Shown: positions 25,601 through 39,682, counted from the first letter of the whole stretch. The stretch: DNA of 54,029 nucleotides, filler included, from Diploschistes diacapsis (GCA_023645945.1; 4 parts of 4 records of this genome joined end to end with filler, not necessarily neighbours in it), one strand, 5' to 3'. The notes: a model not told the origin generated them from the letters alone. Numbers and translations are program-made.

Positions 25601-26962
25601 CGCTCAGAGCTGATGATCGCTGCTTCGTGCGGTATCATGCAATATCAAGACCTTTTCCTTTGGATAGTTTTGGAATCCCAATTGCTGAGTATATTGAGTT
25701 CGACGAGTCACTTTCATTACGGCATTGGCGCACCTTTAGACTAGTCCCTTGAATTCTGCTCAACCCTGTCGCTACAGCTCCTGTCGTTTTAGATCAAGAA
25801 CAATTTCCTTGGTGAACGATGATGCGCAAAAGCGTTGTTCCCGTAATCTCATGTCTGCGGAAGGCAGAAGAAGTGTTCTCGATTTGTAGCTGCAAAGTTA
25901 TCGTACATCATGGCCACGAGTACGTGTTGATGCTCCTCAGTGCCTGGCGAGTGAGCGAAAAGCCCCCTCTGAGTTCCGGCGGGATTTCAGACTTGTCTGA
26001 ATAAGAGTGGTATAACTGTTTTGGTGCCAATTTCACCGATTCTTCCTCTCTGGGCACAGTGACACAGAATCAATTGATACTTTGATAGTGGAGTCCCACC
26101 GACTACGCCTGATCGATTGAAGTCTAATAAACATAATAACCATAATTTCATGGTGATTTTACACCCTTTCAGGGCCTAAAAGCCCCATCGCGGGCTGCTA
26201 TACGCAATCTAATCCTATCCTTTTCCCAAAACCCCCGAGGGCCACCAAGCCGAAAACATTTTAATTCTTTTCGTCTGTCAATCACCGGGCTATCTAGGTC
26301 ATTGAAATCTTGCATATGTTCAGACATCGCATTCAGCTCAAAAGTATTTAAATCGGTAGCACTGGTAGCGGGTTGTACAGAACTTACGGAATAGTGACGA
26401 AGGATTCCCTAGAATAACGGCAAAAGGTGCTTCAGATCTCATGAACACGGGGGACAGATCCTGCCGAGATGCCTGGGCCATAAGAAACATGTCTGGAGGT
26501 ACTCGACGATAAGAGGTTCCGGTTGAGGTTCCGGTTGAGCTCCGAGCCCCGGACTAGCACGGCAGGCAGTCGATCGTCCTTCTGTAGGCTAGTATCGTTC
26601 AAAGTGAATTGAAGAAACTCCTAGAGAAGTACCTCGTATAGGGCCCCGCTGATATTCGCGGCAAAAGTCTTCTCAGCCACACTTCAACGGCCACGCCACT
26701 AGGAAAACCGATAGCCTATATGCAGCTGCGCCACAGATGACGTCTTTACCCGTCCCAGATTCCAAGCCAGGCGCGCCCGTTCGCTTGGTGCACAATTAAA
26801 ATAAATGCAAAACATGGACGACTTCTAGTATCCTATCTTCCTATTCACTCTCCAGAAAACGACCTTAGCAAACAAAGCCCACCGACAATCCTAAAAGTCC
26901 CCTCCTCTCTCTCTCTCTCTCCCATTCCCCAAGCCCCAAAAAAGCCACATCCACCGGCAACC

Positions 26963-27014
26963 ATGATCTCCGGCATCCTCCTCATCATCATCACCGTCCT
27001 CCGTACGCCCACCC
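26963..27014 (+). CDS. 5' fragment of a small hydrophobic protein, possibly Pmp3/UPF0057 family; cut by the gap
   Basis: Good start context (AACCATG), MISGILLIIITVL, then a GTACGC donor-like site. Confidence 0.3.
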
Positions 27015-27114
27015 NNNNNNNNNNNNNNNNNNNNNNNNNNNNNNNNNNNNNNNNNNNNTTAATTAATTAANNNNNNNNNNNNNNNNNNNNNNNNNNNNNN
27101 NNNNNNNNNNNNNN
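27015..27114. other. Assembly gap with artificial spacer
   Basis: N44-TTAATTAATTAA-N44. Confidence 0.97.
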
Positions 27115-27726
27115 GAAGTGGAGTGAGTTTTTTGACTCTTCTGCCTTTCTTTCAAGGGTTTGGGGGGGGAGGGAGGTGGTGGTGATTGGACCTGCAGGGT
27201 TGAGTGGAATTGAGGGCTTGTTGTCGGGTTACAGAAATGCTAACCTGTCCGTTTACGGCGGGTTTAGGGCTGAACATACATGAGGAGACGGAAAGGGGGG
27301 ATAATGAGGCGATTGGGAAGGCGGGGAAGGGCCCGCTTGGGGTTGGTGCTGGGTGTGGATTTTCATGAATGGATGTAGGAGAGAGTTGTTATGGATTGGC
27401 GGGATACGCGTTGATCGCAATGTAGGTCATGATGCCCCTTGGAGGATCGGAAGCGACACACATGGCTGATACACATCTGGTGGAGCATTCAGGAGATTAG
27501 GCGCATGAGCTTGTTCTCTGTCCAAGCTTTTCTAGTGATGCGGCTTCAGCATACCTTTCTATCGCATGTGGGGTATATATAGAGTGTTGAAGGAATTTCT
27601 CGGCGATACCAACTCCTTGGAACCATATGCACCATCTCGTCTACCAACTGTTGAAGATGGCAAGCATAATACGACGGCCTCCAACGCCACCAGATGTCCA
27701 ACCTGAATATCTATGATCGTCTCAAC

Positions 27727-30700
27727 CTACGTAGGCATAGGAGCCGCGGCCCCAGTCATTTCGTCAATCGTCTCTACTGGAGCGCAGCTACAGAAGAGGT
27801 TCGTGTCGCCGTAAGCTGCTAGTAATCAGTATGGTTTAAGAGGGTCTCCGGCTGCACAGAACTCACCGTCATCTAACCTGGTCACGCTAGGCCAAAATTT
27901 CTTCTCCTTTAGCCAAGGCAAGGGATAAGCGGCTTGCTCACGAGTATAACTCCTTTTCCAGTCGTCGTCCGATACTAGATCCTTCATAGAATGGGGCGCC
28001 ATCTTCAGAACATTCCCTTCTCTTGGCTGGCTGCCGTTTTCAACAGCCTCGATTTCCTTTCGAATAGCAATCAGAGCATCGCAAAAGCGATCAATTTCTT
28101 CCTTGCTTTCACTCTCTGTCGGTTCGATCATCAAAGTGTTCGCCACTGGCCAAGACATTGTTGGAGCGTGGAATCCAAAGTCCTGTAGTCGTTTTGCAAT
28201 GTCGATGGCTTCTACGCCAGCAGTCTCCTTAAACTTGCGAGTATCGAGAATGAATTCATGCGCACACCGGCCAGCAGAATTGGTGTATAGAATGGGATAG
28301 TGAGCCTTGAGGCGCGACATGATGTAATTGGCGTTGAGAAGTGTGATCTTCGTTGCATGTGTGAGACCTTGCCCACCCATCATCTTTATATAAGCCCAGC
28401 TTATGGGTAAGATACTTGCACTACCCCAAGGGGCGGCGCTCACAGGCGGTATGGCTTTCTCTCCGCCAGTACTTACCAAAGGATGACCGGGCAAAAATGG
28501 GGCTAGATGAGACTTGACACCAATGGGCCCAACCCCTGGACCACCACCACCGTGAGGTATGCAGAAGGTTTTGTGAAGATTCAGGTGGCAAACGTCCGCT
28601 CCAATCTCGCCGGGAGAACACAGGCCAATTTGCGCATTCATGTTTGCGCCGTCCATGAAAACTTGACCGCCATGCTCGTGGACCAGATCGCAGACTTCTT
28701 TGACCTGGGGTTCGAAGACGCCAAAAGTACTTGGATACGTGATCATGATTCCCCCAATTTCTTCGCTATACTTTTCACATTTCGCCTTGAGGTCCGTGAT
28801 ATCAAGATTCCCGGTTTCGGCATCGCACTTGATAGTCACAACCCGCATGCCAGCCATGGCTGCGCTTGCTGGATTCGTACCGTGGGCAGAGACGGGAATC
28901 AAGCAAATGTCCCTTTTCTTGCCCGGCTGCATCTCCTGGAACTTTCGAATTATGCGCAGACCAGTAAACTCTCCCTGCGCGCCAGAATTTGGCTGCAAGG
29001 ACACTGCATCAAAGCCAGTGATTACAGCAAGATCTTCCTCAAGCTCTTCAATCAGAATCATGTATCCTTTCGCTTGTTCGATAGGGACAAAGGGGTGGAT
29101 TGAGGCGAATTCTGGCCATGAAATAGGAGCCATTTCTGTGGTTGCATTCAGCTTCATAGTGCATGAGCCGAGAGGGATCATGGAATGTGTTAGTGACAGG
29201 TCCTTAGATTGCAGATGATGGATATAGCGGAGGAGTTCGGTCTCAGAGTGATGGGAGTTGAAGACAGGGTGCTGCAAGTATGGTGTCGTTCTTTTCATCC
29301 TGGAAGAACCAAGGATGGAGTCCAGCGTGGTGAGTTTCAACGAGGCAGTGATTTCATCGATATTAATTGGATTTTCCCTCGAGAAGTTTTCGAATATTGC
29401 CAAAATATCCTTGAGGTCACTTAATTCGATGGTCTCGTCAAGTGTGATTCCGATCTTGCTTGGATTTCTCATTCTCAGATTGATGGCCTTATTCGCTGCT
29501 GCCCAACCAACAATCTCGGCTGCCTTTTCACTATCGAGCTCAACGGTCACTGTGTCGAATAATATACGGCCTTCTTCGTCCTTGCCGCGAGAACCCGTAT
29601 GAAAGCTCAGTCTCCGCAACCCTTCTTCGAGAACACGCGAATACGCAACTATCCGGTTCGCTATGTCGCGGAGGCCCTGGGGGCCGTGATAGACGGCATA
29701 AAACGCGCTCATGTTGGCGAGCAACGCTTGAGCTGTACAGATATTGCTCGTTGCCTTTTCCCGACGGATGTGCTGTTCGCGGGTCTGCAGAGCTAGTCTC
29801 ATAGCTTTGTCACCGAGACGATCCTTTGACACTCCAATCAAGCGACCAGGGATTTTGCGCTTTTGTTTTTCACAGCAAGCAAAGAAGGCAGCGTGCGGCC
29901 CACCATAGCCAAATGGAACTCCGAATCGCTGAGCACTGCCAAATGCAATGTCTGCGCCAAACTCTCCAGGAGGCTTCAGAATGGTAAGAGCAAGGAGATC
30001 GGTAGCTACGCAGACGGTGCCCTGCAATTCATGGACAACATCCGACAGTCCCTGGAAATCATCTACTCCACCTTCCGTGTCAGGATACTGCACGAGAACA
30101 CCAACCAAGTTGTCACCTAGGCTCTTGATACCACGGTAATTGTCGGTCAACACATCCATAACCTCTATCTTTAGCCCGAAACCCTCAGCTCGTGATTTGA
30201 GAACTTCCAAAGTCTGCGGGTGGCATAGATGCGAAACCGCGAAGGTCTTCCCTGGTCTTTTGAGGCGAGATTGTGAAAGACCATTAAGGGCTAGGGTCAT
30301 GGCTTCAGCTGCAGCTGTGGATTCATCAAGGACGGACGCATTCGCAATAGACAGTCCAGTAAGATCAGTAACCAAGGTTTGAAAATTAAGTAATGATTCC
30401 AGACGGCCTTGGCTGATCTCTGGCTGGTAAGGAGTGTAACTGGTGTACCAGCCTGGCCCTTCTAGCACGTTTCTCTTTATCACTTCCGGAACCCTTGTTC
30501 CCGCATAACCGCAGCCAATGTAGCTCCTCATCACCTTATTGCCTTGCGAGATTTCCTTCAGTCTCCGTAATAATTGACTCTCGGAAAGCCCTTCGCGACC
30601 GTTTATGTGCTCTAATGGCTCATCGATACATAGATCCCTGGAAGAAAGAATGTCCGCCGGTAAAACTTGCTTCACGAATTCATCCAATGACCTTACTGGA

Positions 30701-30984
30701 GGATCAAGCGAACCCAGCATCTGCTGGACACAGTCGTGTGAAGGCCCGACATGGCGCCTTGCAAATGTGTCCAGGGGGCCAAATACAGAAGTTCCCTGGA
30801 GGGGTTGTTCATTCTGTGGACTTCTACCTGCAGCGTCGGAAGCTAAGAACTGGAGCGCAGGAATTGTATGAGTACAGCGTATGGAGCTAGTTCCTGTGCA
30901 GCGAAGAGGGTAAACAGCAAGAAAAGGCTTCCTTGTTGATGATCTTCCCACGTTGAACAACGCTTGACATACTTTTGCACGCAT
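27727..30984 (-). CDS. GCV2: Glycine dehydrogenase (glycine cleavage P protein), mitochondrial
   Basis: YTSYTPYQPEISQGRLE, QTREQHIRREKATSNICTAQ, PLP lysine motif HLNLHKTFCIPHGGGGPG. Intron 27816-27866 restores RLDDAYGDTNLFCSC. Arg-rich presequence. Confidence 0.96.
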
Positions 30985-31558
30985 GTTAAGGGACCGGTAC
31001 CACAACGACTTAGATAATTAAGTATTCCATGTTTTAACCACCACAGTGCCCTCAGAAAGACCTTAAACCGAGGGGGCTGAGAATAGAAGGAAGAATAGAA
31101 GGAAGAATGAAAGGGGGTAATAATGCAATAACGTATTGATATCTTATCAAGTAGACACTCTTGAAGGAATATTGATATCGAAGTGGCTCCGACATTAGCC
31201 GATGGGCTATTTTATATTAAGCTTAGTCATTCAATATCTCAAGATAAGTGGAAATTTATAACGAATTCATTGGTCAGCTAAAGCACCGAATTACCCTAAT
31301 ATTGTAGGTTCCGAGGCAAATAAACTGCTATATTATCTTATTTAGGTGACTACCAATTTGGTATAGCGTATTATTGCGTCGTCTCAGCTCAGCATTGGAG
31401 TTTATAGAACGAGGTCTTCGTTGCACACCTATGCGACAAGCTGCCAAATACCATTGAGGTACGAGCACTCTCACCGTCAACCCCTTCTCTACCTGCTTGC
31501 AACATAAGTATGAGAGAATCTTCCGTTCCGTGGAAGCACAACTAACCAGCCAGTCCAG

Positions 31559-33969
31559 ATGGCGGAAACCACACATCGCAAGCGGATCGCGGTGATGACC
31601 AGTGGCGGAGATGCTCCGGGAATGAATGGAGCTGTGCGAAGTGTGGTCCGAACAGCTATTGCAAGAGGATGCCAAGCTTATGGAGTTTTCGAGGGCTACG
31701 AAGGTCTTGTACAGGGCGGGGAGCTTATCAAAGAAATGCATTGGGAAGATGTCCGGGGCTGGCTATCGGAAGGAGGTACTTTGATCGGAACGGCAAGGTG
31801 CATGGCTTTTTATGAACGGTCAGGTCGCTTAATTGCCGCGAAAAACTTGGTAAAGACTGGAATCGACGCCCTTGTGATTGTTGGAGGAGATGGGAGTCTG
31901 ACTGGTGCAGACAAATTCCGAGCAGAATGGCCAGGGCTCTTGAAAGAGCTGGTGGAGACGAAGCAGCTGACGGCAGAAGAGGCAAAGCCGGTAAAACATT
32001 TAAATATCGTGGGATTGGTTGGGTCGATAGACAATGACATGTCATCTACAGACGCTACGATTGGATGTTACTCTTCATTGGGCCGGATATGTGAAGCAGT
32101 GGATAACATTGATTCAACAGCTCTGTCGCATCAGAGAGCCTTCGTGATAGAAGTCATGGGGCGCCATTGTGGATGGCTCGCGCTCATGGCTGGTGTCAGC
32201 ACAGGGGCAGACTTTGTCTTCATACCGGAGAAGCCCCCAGGCGAAGACTGGCAGGAGCGAATGTTGACCATAATAAAAAAGGTTAGTAAAGAGATATGGC
32301 TCCCGTAAGCTCCACATCTCTCCTATCAAAATAAGGCGGCATTCTCCAATTAGACTAACTTGGGGGTAAGCATCGAAGCTTAGGAAAGCGAAAAACAATA
32401 GTCATTGTTGCCGAGGGTGCACATGACATGGCCTTGAATAAGATCACTCCCAGTGAAGTTAGGGACCTTTTATCGAATGAGCTCAAGCTCGATACGAGAA
32501 TCACGACACTAGGCCATGTACAAAGGGGTGGCAACGCCTGTGCTTACGACCGAATGCTATCAACACTACAAGGCGTTGAAGCTGTCATAGCCGTTCTGGA
32601 AGCGACTCCAGAAACACCAACACCAGTCATCGCCATCATAGAAAACAAGATCGTGCGGAAACCTCTCGTTGAAGCTGTCGAAGCCACTCAAGCCGTCGCC
32701 AAAGCTATTGAAGCTAAAGATTTCGATCATGCAATGGAGCTCCGAGACGCCGAATTCGCAGAGTACAACCGCACCTACCTCATGACCACCGAAACCGACC
32801 AACCCAAGCTCCACCTCCCCTCGAACAAGTGTATGCGTATCGCAATCATCCATGTCGGCGCCCCAGCAGGCGGCATGAACTCTGCCACCCGCGCGGCAGT
32901 CGCTTACTGTATGACGCGGGGCCACAAGCCAATCGCCATTCACAACGGCTTCCCAGGCCTGTGCCGGCATCATGCCGACAAGCCCATCGGTTCTGTACGG
33001 GACATCAGTTGGCTCGATGTCGAAGGATGGGCCAACAGGGGCGGCTCCGAGATTGGGACGAACCGTGGCCTACCGAGCGAGGACATCGAGACTACCGCCA
33101 AGTGTTTCGAACTCTATAAGTTCGACGCCATTTTCGCAATCGGTGGTTTCGAGGCTTTCACTGCACTCAGTGAACTAAGAAAGGCGAGGGAGAAGTACTC
33201 CGCCTTCTGCATACCAATGATCCTTTTACCAGCTACGATATCAAACAACGTCCCCGGTACAGAATACAGCATCGGCAGCGACACATGCCTCAACGCACTA
33301 GTGCAGTACTGCGACGCAATCCGGCAATCCGCCTCCGCCTCGCGCCGCCGCGTCTTCGTCGTAGAGACGCAGGGCGGAAAATCCGGCTACGTCGCCACGC
33401 TAGCGGGCCTCTGCGTCGGCGCCCTATGCGTCTACACTCCCGAAGAAGGCATCAACATCCACATGATGCACCGCGACATCGAATACCTGCGACAGGAATT
33501 CGCAAAAGACAAGGGGCAGAACAGAGCGGGCAAACTTATCCTGCGCAACGAGCAAGCCTCGAGCACGTACACTACCGAAATGATCGCCAACATGATCCGC
33601 GACGAAGCAAAGGGCCGCTTCGAGTCTAGATTCGTCGTGCCGGGCCACGTGCAGCAGGGCGGGACCCCGAGCCCGATGGACAGGGTCCGCGCGGTGCGGC
33701 TGGCCGTTAAATGCATACAGCATCTCGAATCGTACGCGGGCATGGGCCGCAGCGGGGTAGCACAGGACGGGAGCAGCGCGGCGGTGATCGGTATCAAGGG
33801 CGTCAGTGTCGTGATACAGGGCATGGAGAAGCTGGAGACGACCGAGACGGACTGGAAGGACAGGCGGCCCGAGAACGAGTTCTGGGTTGAGCTGAAGGAG
33901 ACGATTGACATGCTGAGCGGGAGGCCAAAGGCGGGGGATTGCTGTGGCGAGTGTGGGAAGAAGCGGTGA
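31559..33969 (+). CDS. pfkA: ATP-dependent 6-phosphofructokinase (eukaryotic duplicated type)
   Basis: [42 protein letters not shown], second-half PATISNN. Intron 32282-32370. Confidence 0.96.
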
Positions 33970-34991
33970 TCGAGGCCTGACGTACACGATCTTTTAAAAG
34001 ATTGGTATACTACTGGGGCGTTCGAAGACTGAGGTTGAGATGGGCTTGGCGGGTGAGATCTAAATATTACGATAGCGGAGCGCAGATGTGCTTGCCCTTC
34101 GTCTCCGCTGCTCTGTGTTCCCGCGTTAAGAAGATCGCTTCTCTTCTCGAACGGATTGCAACAGGCGCTACGAGTACGTCTGATGAAAAGCTCGATTAAA
34201 GACCAGGAAAGGGCTTACAGAACCCTTTTCGAGCCCAACGGACATGAGTCCGTAAGCGACTTGTCTAAGTAGATAGTCCTTCGAGGCATTTCTGGGCATT
34301 TCTGATGGTCTTCTTCAAAGATAGGTTTCTTCGTCGATTTGGGGGCCTTGGGCTTCTCTTCGAGGAAAATTCTGGTATTAGCAGAACTGGACGAATCGTA
34401 GTAGCTGCATAAGTGAGTGAGTACTGTGAGCCGTAATGCCTTGGACAATACTGCGAGTAAGTAACTGGGCCGTGCTGTGAAGCATCAAGGTCGATTGTTC
34501 ATTGACCGGAAAGCCACCGGATAACTCAACGCAGGGCTTCAAAGCCCTAATGGGATCGATGATGGCCCAAGTTATTTGCTGCGGATCAACAACAGAGTTT
34601 TCTCTTGAGGCTAGGACTTATAGACCAACGCTATAGTATGTCTGAGTAGATACATGTATGTGCCCCGAGAGCTTTCGTGGTCTACAAAGTAGCGAAAGTA
34701 GTGTGATTTACGAATGAGAGGAGGATCATGACTTATATTACCAACGGGGTACTGACAACCATCTGCACTAGATGATGTAATCCAAGTACTTATCTCGCTA
34801 TTATCTATTATATCCAAGTTGTAAGCCTGGCCACCCTGGCGACTGTATACCTAATACCCTCCTAAATGCTTGCTAAATGCTAATCCGAAGACAGTGATCA
34901 AAACAGATTTATACACACTGCAAGAAAAACGAAAAGCTCTAAAATGGCGGTGCGCCGGGATGTTAAGAACGGCTGACGTTCTTACTCGCAG

Positions 34992-37037
34992 TCACCAGTG
35001 ACTGAGTGCATGGACGGATAGCTCGCCCGTCTTCCGTGGACAAATCCAGGTACTACTACCTTCAGATGTGCCGAGGCCACTGTCGACGCCGCTGTGCACC
35101 TCAACCACGTCGGGATCAATGTCCCACTCCTGCTCCTCTGCCTCTTCTTCTTCGTCATCGTCGCCGTTGTACGCAGCGATGGGGTCATCTGAGCCCATAT
35201 AGTCTTCCTCCGGGGCGCCTCGCGTCTTCGCCGAAGAAAAGCTCTTCTGCATCGCTCCACGAGTGTTCCAACGGAGTGCCCTACGAACGCTCTCGAACCA
35301 CTCGCTCCCTGAGCCACCGTCTCTGACAACAGTCGGAAACGGATACTTGCCGGCCTCCACCTGAACGCAGTCTCCTTTCCGGAGCTCTATGCGGTTCTTC
35401 CCGTCGAAGCTGACGTAAGCCGTGCTTCGGCTGTTACGTGGTACGCAGACTTTGAGTTGGATGCTGTCGCTCAAAACCATCGGTCTGAACGACAATGTGT
35501 GAGGACAGATTGGCGCCAGAACCATGCCAGGAATGCTGGGATGAGTGAGTGGGCCGCCAGCGGACAATGCGTACGCTGTGGAACCCGTTGGCGTCGAAAT
35601 GATGCAGCCATCAGCTTGCACAACTGTCAAGAGCTCGTCATCGCCATAAAGTTCCAAGTTGGAGACATAGGCTGACGGTCCGCGATCAATTACGAGCTCG
35701 TTTAGAACCTCGAACCTTTCCCCCTCGTGCATCTCGACGGTATTGACTGGGTTGACCCTCGTGCCTTTTGGACGAGTCTGGTTTGCACGGAACACGGTGC
35801 AAGTGAACCTCATACGCAGATTTACCCGCATTCCAGCCTCTCCCATAATGGTACTCAACGTGTCCTTGTAATGTCTGAAGTCAAAGTTTGTGAGGAAACC
35901 AAGCGAGCCGAGAGAAAAGGGTAGTACAGGCGGTACGACACGCTGGAAGAGACTGAAGGAGGTGAAAAGCACGGTGCCGTCGCCTCCAAGCGTCAGAACT
36001 AGGTCAAACCTATCAGGTGATGTCCAGCAGAGGTCGGGATCCCAGTATTTCAGCATCTTCGCAAATCGCTGGTCTTGAGCGAGGATGCTCTCCTCATCGA
36101 ACCTTCGCGACTTCCGCAGTTTTATGTCTACATAGACATTGACACCGACGTCAGAATCGTATCTAGGCGTGCTCAGCAGCCACAGAGCGAGCTCGCGAGT
36201 CAGGTAAACTAGGCTGTTATCCCGCGCTTTTGTCACAATCATCACGGATCGAATCGGTTTCTTGATAGGGCGGCGTTGCAGCTGTTTGGATATCTCTCGC
36301 ACGCTAGTCGCAGTTTGCATTAAACGACAAGTTGACATCCCGTCGCTTTCGTAGTCAATTTCCTCCTTCACTCGATCAATATTGATCGCGTCGTCGAAAC
36401 GCTGGTGAAAAAAGCAAGGTGACTTTGAAGCAGCGAACCGAGCCGTTGATGGAGTATGTCCGGGGGCATTCATGCCTGGCGATGTCCCAGTAAGTAGCCT
36501 CGTAGTCGCATTACTCACAGCTCGGCTATGATATGCCGTCTTTCTCGCATTAAGGCTATTTGCGAGTGAAGTCGCAACTGAGATCGAAGGAAAGCCCCTT
36601 TTGGGTTGTGACCGAGGAACAAGAGCTGTTAGGTCCTGGTCTTGTGGTAGCATGCAAGGAGCTGCTTTGCTTCTATGGCTTGAGAACGAGCTCGGAATAT
36701 CGAAGGGCAACTGTGCCATCTTTGAAGCAACCAATGAGTCCATACTCACATCTCCAATCCCCGAAGATGCGGCAGGGATTGGAGTCTGGCTTTCATCTGT
36801 TGAGGATATGTCTTCTGCCAAATCGTCTAGATTCAGGGGCTCCAGACGTTCGATAAAGTCCTGTACTAAGGCATGGCTGCTCGCTGGGTCTGCTATCTTG
36901 CTGAGATGGAATTCCATCATGGCCGATGTCTCTGGCGATGGAGGAGGGTCTACACTGCGCAGATTTTGCCCTTGGCTGGGCTGACTCCCGCTTATGACAG
37001 CCGTTGCTGACCCACTGTGCTCGGTTTGGTGAGACAT
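34992..37037 (-). CDS. NAD+/NADH kinase (Utr1/Yef1-like)
   Basis: LGGDGTVL, SLGSLGFL, LNELVIDRGP, QADGCIISTPTGSTAYALSAGG, APICPHTLSFRP. Confidence 0.93.
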   Translation of the reverse strand: MSHQTEHSGSATAVISGSQPSQGQNLRSVDPPPSPETSAMMEFHLSKIADPASSHALVQDFIERLEPLNLDDLAEDISSTDESQTPIPAASSGIGDVSMDSLVASKMAQLPFDIPSSFSSHRSKAAPCMLPQDQDLTALVPRSQPKRGFPSISVATSLANSLNARKTAYHSRAVSNATTRLLTGTSPGMNAPGHTPSTARFAASKSPCFFHQRFDDAINIDRVKEEIDYESDGMSTCRLMQTATSVREISKQLQRRPIKKPIRSVMIVTKARDNSLVYLTRELALWLLSTPRYDSDVGVNVYVDIKLRKSRRFDEESILAQDQRFAKMLKYWDPDLCWTSPDRFDLVLTLGGDGTVLFTSFSLFQRVVPPVLPFSLGSLGFLTNFDFRHYKDTLSTIMGEAGMRVNLRMRFTCTVFRANQTRPKGTRVNPVNTVEMHEGERFEVLNELVIDRGPSAYVSNLELYGDDELLTVVQADGCIISTPTGSTAYALSAGGPLTHPSIPGMVLAPICPHTLSFRPMVLSDSIQLKVCVPRNSRSTAYVSFDGKNRIELRKGDCVQVEAGKYPFPTVVRDGGSGSEWFESVRRALRWNTRGAMQKSFSSAKTRGAPEEDYMGSDDPIAAYNGDDDEEEEAEEQEWDIDPDVVEVHSGVDSGLGTSEGSSTWICPRKTGELSVHALSHW

Positions 37038-38275
37038 GACTGTTGAATCACGGCCAACGTTGTCTCGCTGAGCTGGGGAGAGTGCGCAGATAGGCTACAG
37101 GGTGGCCAGCCACTTCTTCGAAATCCTTGCACACACTGTCCCTTCAGGGTACGCTGGTTGTAATTGAAATCAGACTTGCATTTTTTCGGTCATTGATGAG
37201 TATCTTAGAGACAGTCCAAGGAATACAGAGTTGCGAAAGGATGAACTCGGAAGGATCTGACAGATAATACAGAATACTCGAGATAAACACGATCCTTTAA
37301 GAAAACGGATGCTGAGGTGCTGATGTGTTGATGTGCTGGTGCGGTCAATCGGGTCCGGAATTCGGGCACGGACGAAAGCGTAACACCGGAAACAGGCACG
37401 AACTGACTGGCACAATTCTCGGTGACAACAGCTGGAAAGCTCGGAGTGTTTGTTGCTGCGCTTTCAGGAAACTGGGCTGCGCGAAGCTTCTATATTTAAT
37501 GTTCAAATTGTCTCTGGAAACGATTGATCAGTCAACAACGAGCATAATGCCAAGCACTGGCAACGTATTCACCTATTCACGAGGTCCTGGCCTGCTCAAG
37601 CACCGTCGAAGCAAGAAGCAAGCTTGTTTGCAGGCTCGGCACATGGCTGAGTCAGTGATCATAATGAGTGTTTTGAGATTAGCCAGGTATCAATTCAGTT
37701 CGTGCCTCCCAGATCTATGCAAGAGTAGTATGCAAAGCATTGCCAATCACAGCAGGAAGCCCGTGCATGGAAAGGTGAGGGAATGCTATGAAACGCCTTT
37801 GGTTCCGTTGTTGGAAACTCATACACTTGCATCCATAAGCGCCACCGCAACTCGCGCATTTTCTCTTCAACAAGTGTCACTCTTTAATTTTCCTGGTCGG
37901 TAATGGGTAGTTTTGAACGCCATCCGGCATAGAATTCCTATCCAAGACACGTCATTCGTGCCTGAAGCTTTGAACTCCTACCGCTTCAGGTGAACATTTC
38001 AATCTGCGTCGCACCTAGCCGGAGAAAGTTGGAACTTCCACTCTGGTCCTTGCCTCCGATGCCAATGTCTCACAGAATAATTACAGCAAGCGTTATCTCA
38101 AGAATATCATTGTTTTTGATACACTCCCAGAGTCTCCTTGTACTGCGTGTCCTTCGCCAGGCTGTGGTAAGTGCCTCATAGCTGCTTGTTGAAATGTCAA
38201 GGACACTGAACAAACAGCTTCGGTAGTGTTAGCGTCGGGCCTCAGCTAGTATCATGCTTTATTCTGCCATCCATC

Positions 38276-39124
38276 TCATTTGATGCTTTGCCTCCACTGC
38301 TCGGTGTCTCGAACCCTTTGTACCACTGTTGCTCTCAGGAGAGAGCCCAGCGAGTCGTTATCGCTACCAATCATTTCAATATCTTCTTGAAGCGTCTCAG
38401 CCGTAGCTTCAAGGCATCCGGACTTTGCGGCCTCTGCAGCTGCCTCCCAGGTTCCATAGTCAAAAGATCCTTCGCTCTCAACCATTAACAGACCTCCATG
38501 TGTGGAAAAAGCGAAAGCATGAACGGAAGCTATTTCTTCAAGTGCCGAGAGTGGAGGGTTGGAGATGACTGCTCCACCTGCATTGACGGCCATGAGTACT
38601 GACGTGAGCGTTGCGGCTAGGGGGATGGACGTAGAAAGGAGTGCAAGCATTGCAGCATTCAATAAAGGAGGGAGGAGATAAAGCATCTAGGTGATATGAT
38701 TAGAGCATTCTGTATGTTCCGTACGGAGCGCAAACTCACAGACGCTGCTTGGCTTGGTCGGCCCGCACCTGCATCTTTATCTGGAACTGCCGTAATTTGT
38801 AGCGTTACCTGGATCAAGGTTCGGGGATGCATCTCTACTCGTATGATCTGTCGGAAGACTCTCTGTATAATCGATTCGAAGTGCCGTTCGCGTACGCCTA
38901 CTGAAGTTATAATGACGCTCGTTGATGGGAATGGAAGCCATGGTACCGCCTACTCCGGCAGAAGGCCTCACAAGTACTTCGATGGCTGCTTCATCCGGAA
39001 TCTCGTCTCTTCTCTGCACTTCTAAGGGGCCATTGACCGAGCCCAAGACAGAGATCCCATTCGTCGAAAAGACTGCCGAGCCATCAGCCCCTCGTAGCGG
39101 ACCAAGCTGAGCTGCAGCAGCCAT
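38276..39124 (-). CDS. RRP46: Exosome core subunit Rrp46 (RNase PH fold)
   Basis: LRGADGSA..SVNGPLEVQRRDE..IEVLVRP, HPRTLIQVTLQI, LLNAAMLALLSTSIPL, LLMVESEGSF. Introns near 38900-38946 and 38687-38740. Confidence 0.88.
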
Positions 39125-39682
39125 AACAGAAGAGGAAGTCGGTCTCTGAAGGCTAATCATCAAGGTCCGGTGATCACATCTTGACCGTTTGACAGACGCT
39201 TAACACTTTCCATACAAAGGTAATGAGCATGTTATTTTCGATGAGCTCGGCGCACCGACAAGCGTGGGGTTGGTCGCGTGGGAGCCTTCCTGGCCTCCCA
39301 TATATAGGCACATCGCGCTTGGCATCAAAAGCTTACAGAAATCTGCATCGCATTTACCCCAAAGCTTACCGCCCTAGCGCATGATTTTGGTTTATTTTAA
39401 AAGTATTTAAGTATTATAATCTTTATCTTTATAAAATAAACACGAGGTATTAAATAAGATAAGTTTAGTCTCGTATTAAAGAGGAATATGGATGGAAAAA
39501 TAGTTAAGGTTTAGGATTAATCTCTTCAAAAAGGCTTTAATAATAAAAATAACGAATATAGATTAATCTCGAGTAATAATTAAGAGTGTTTATAAAAATA
39601 AATATATCAGGACTTATAAAAGTTATAATAAAGGTTTTTATATAGCCCGATTCCCCTTACTAGAGTAGATGAATAAATAAAT

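Noticed and set aside
27727..37037. GCV2-PFK-NAD kinase as a metabolic gene cluster
   Set aside because: Unrelated housekeeping pathways; ordinary gene neighbourhood.
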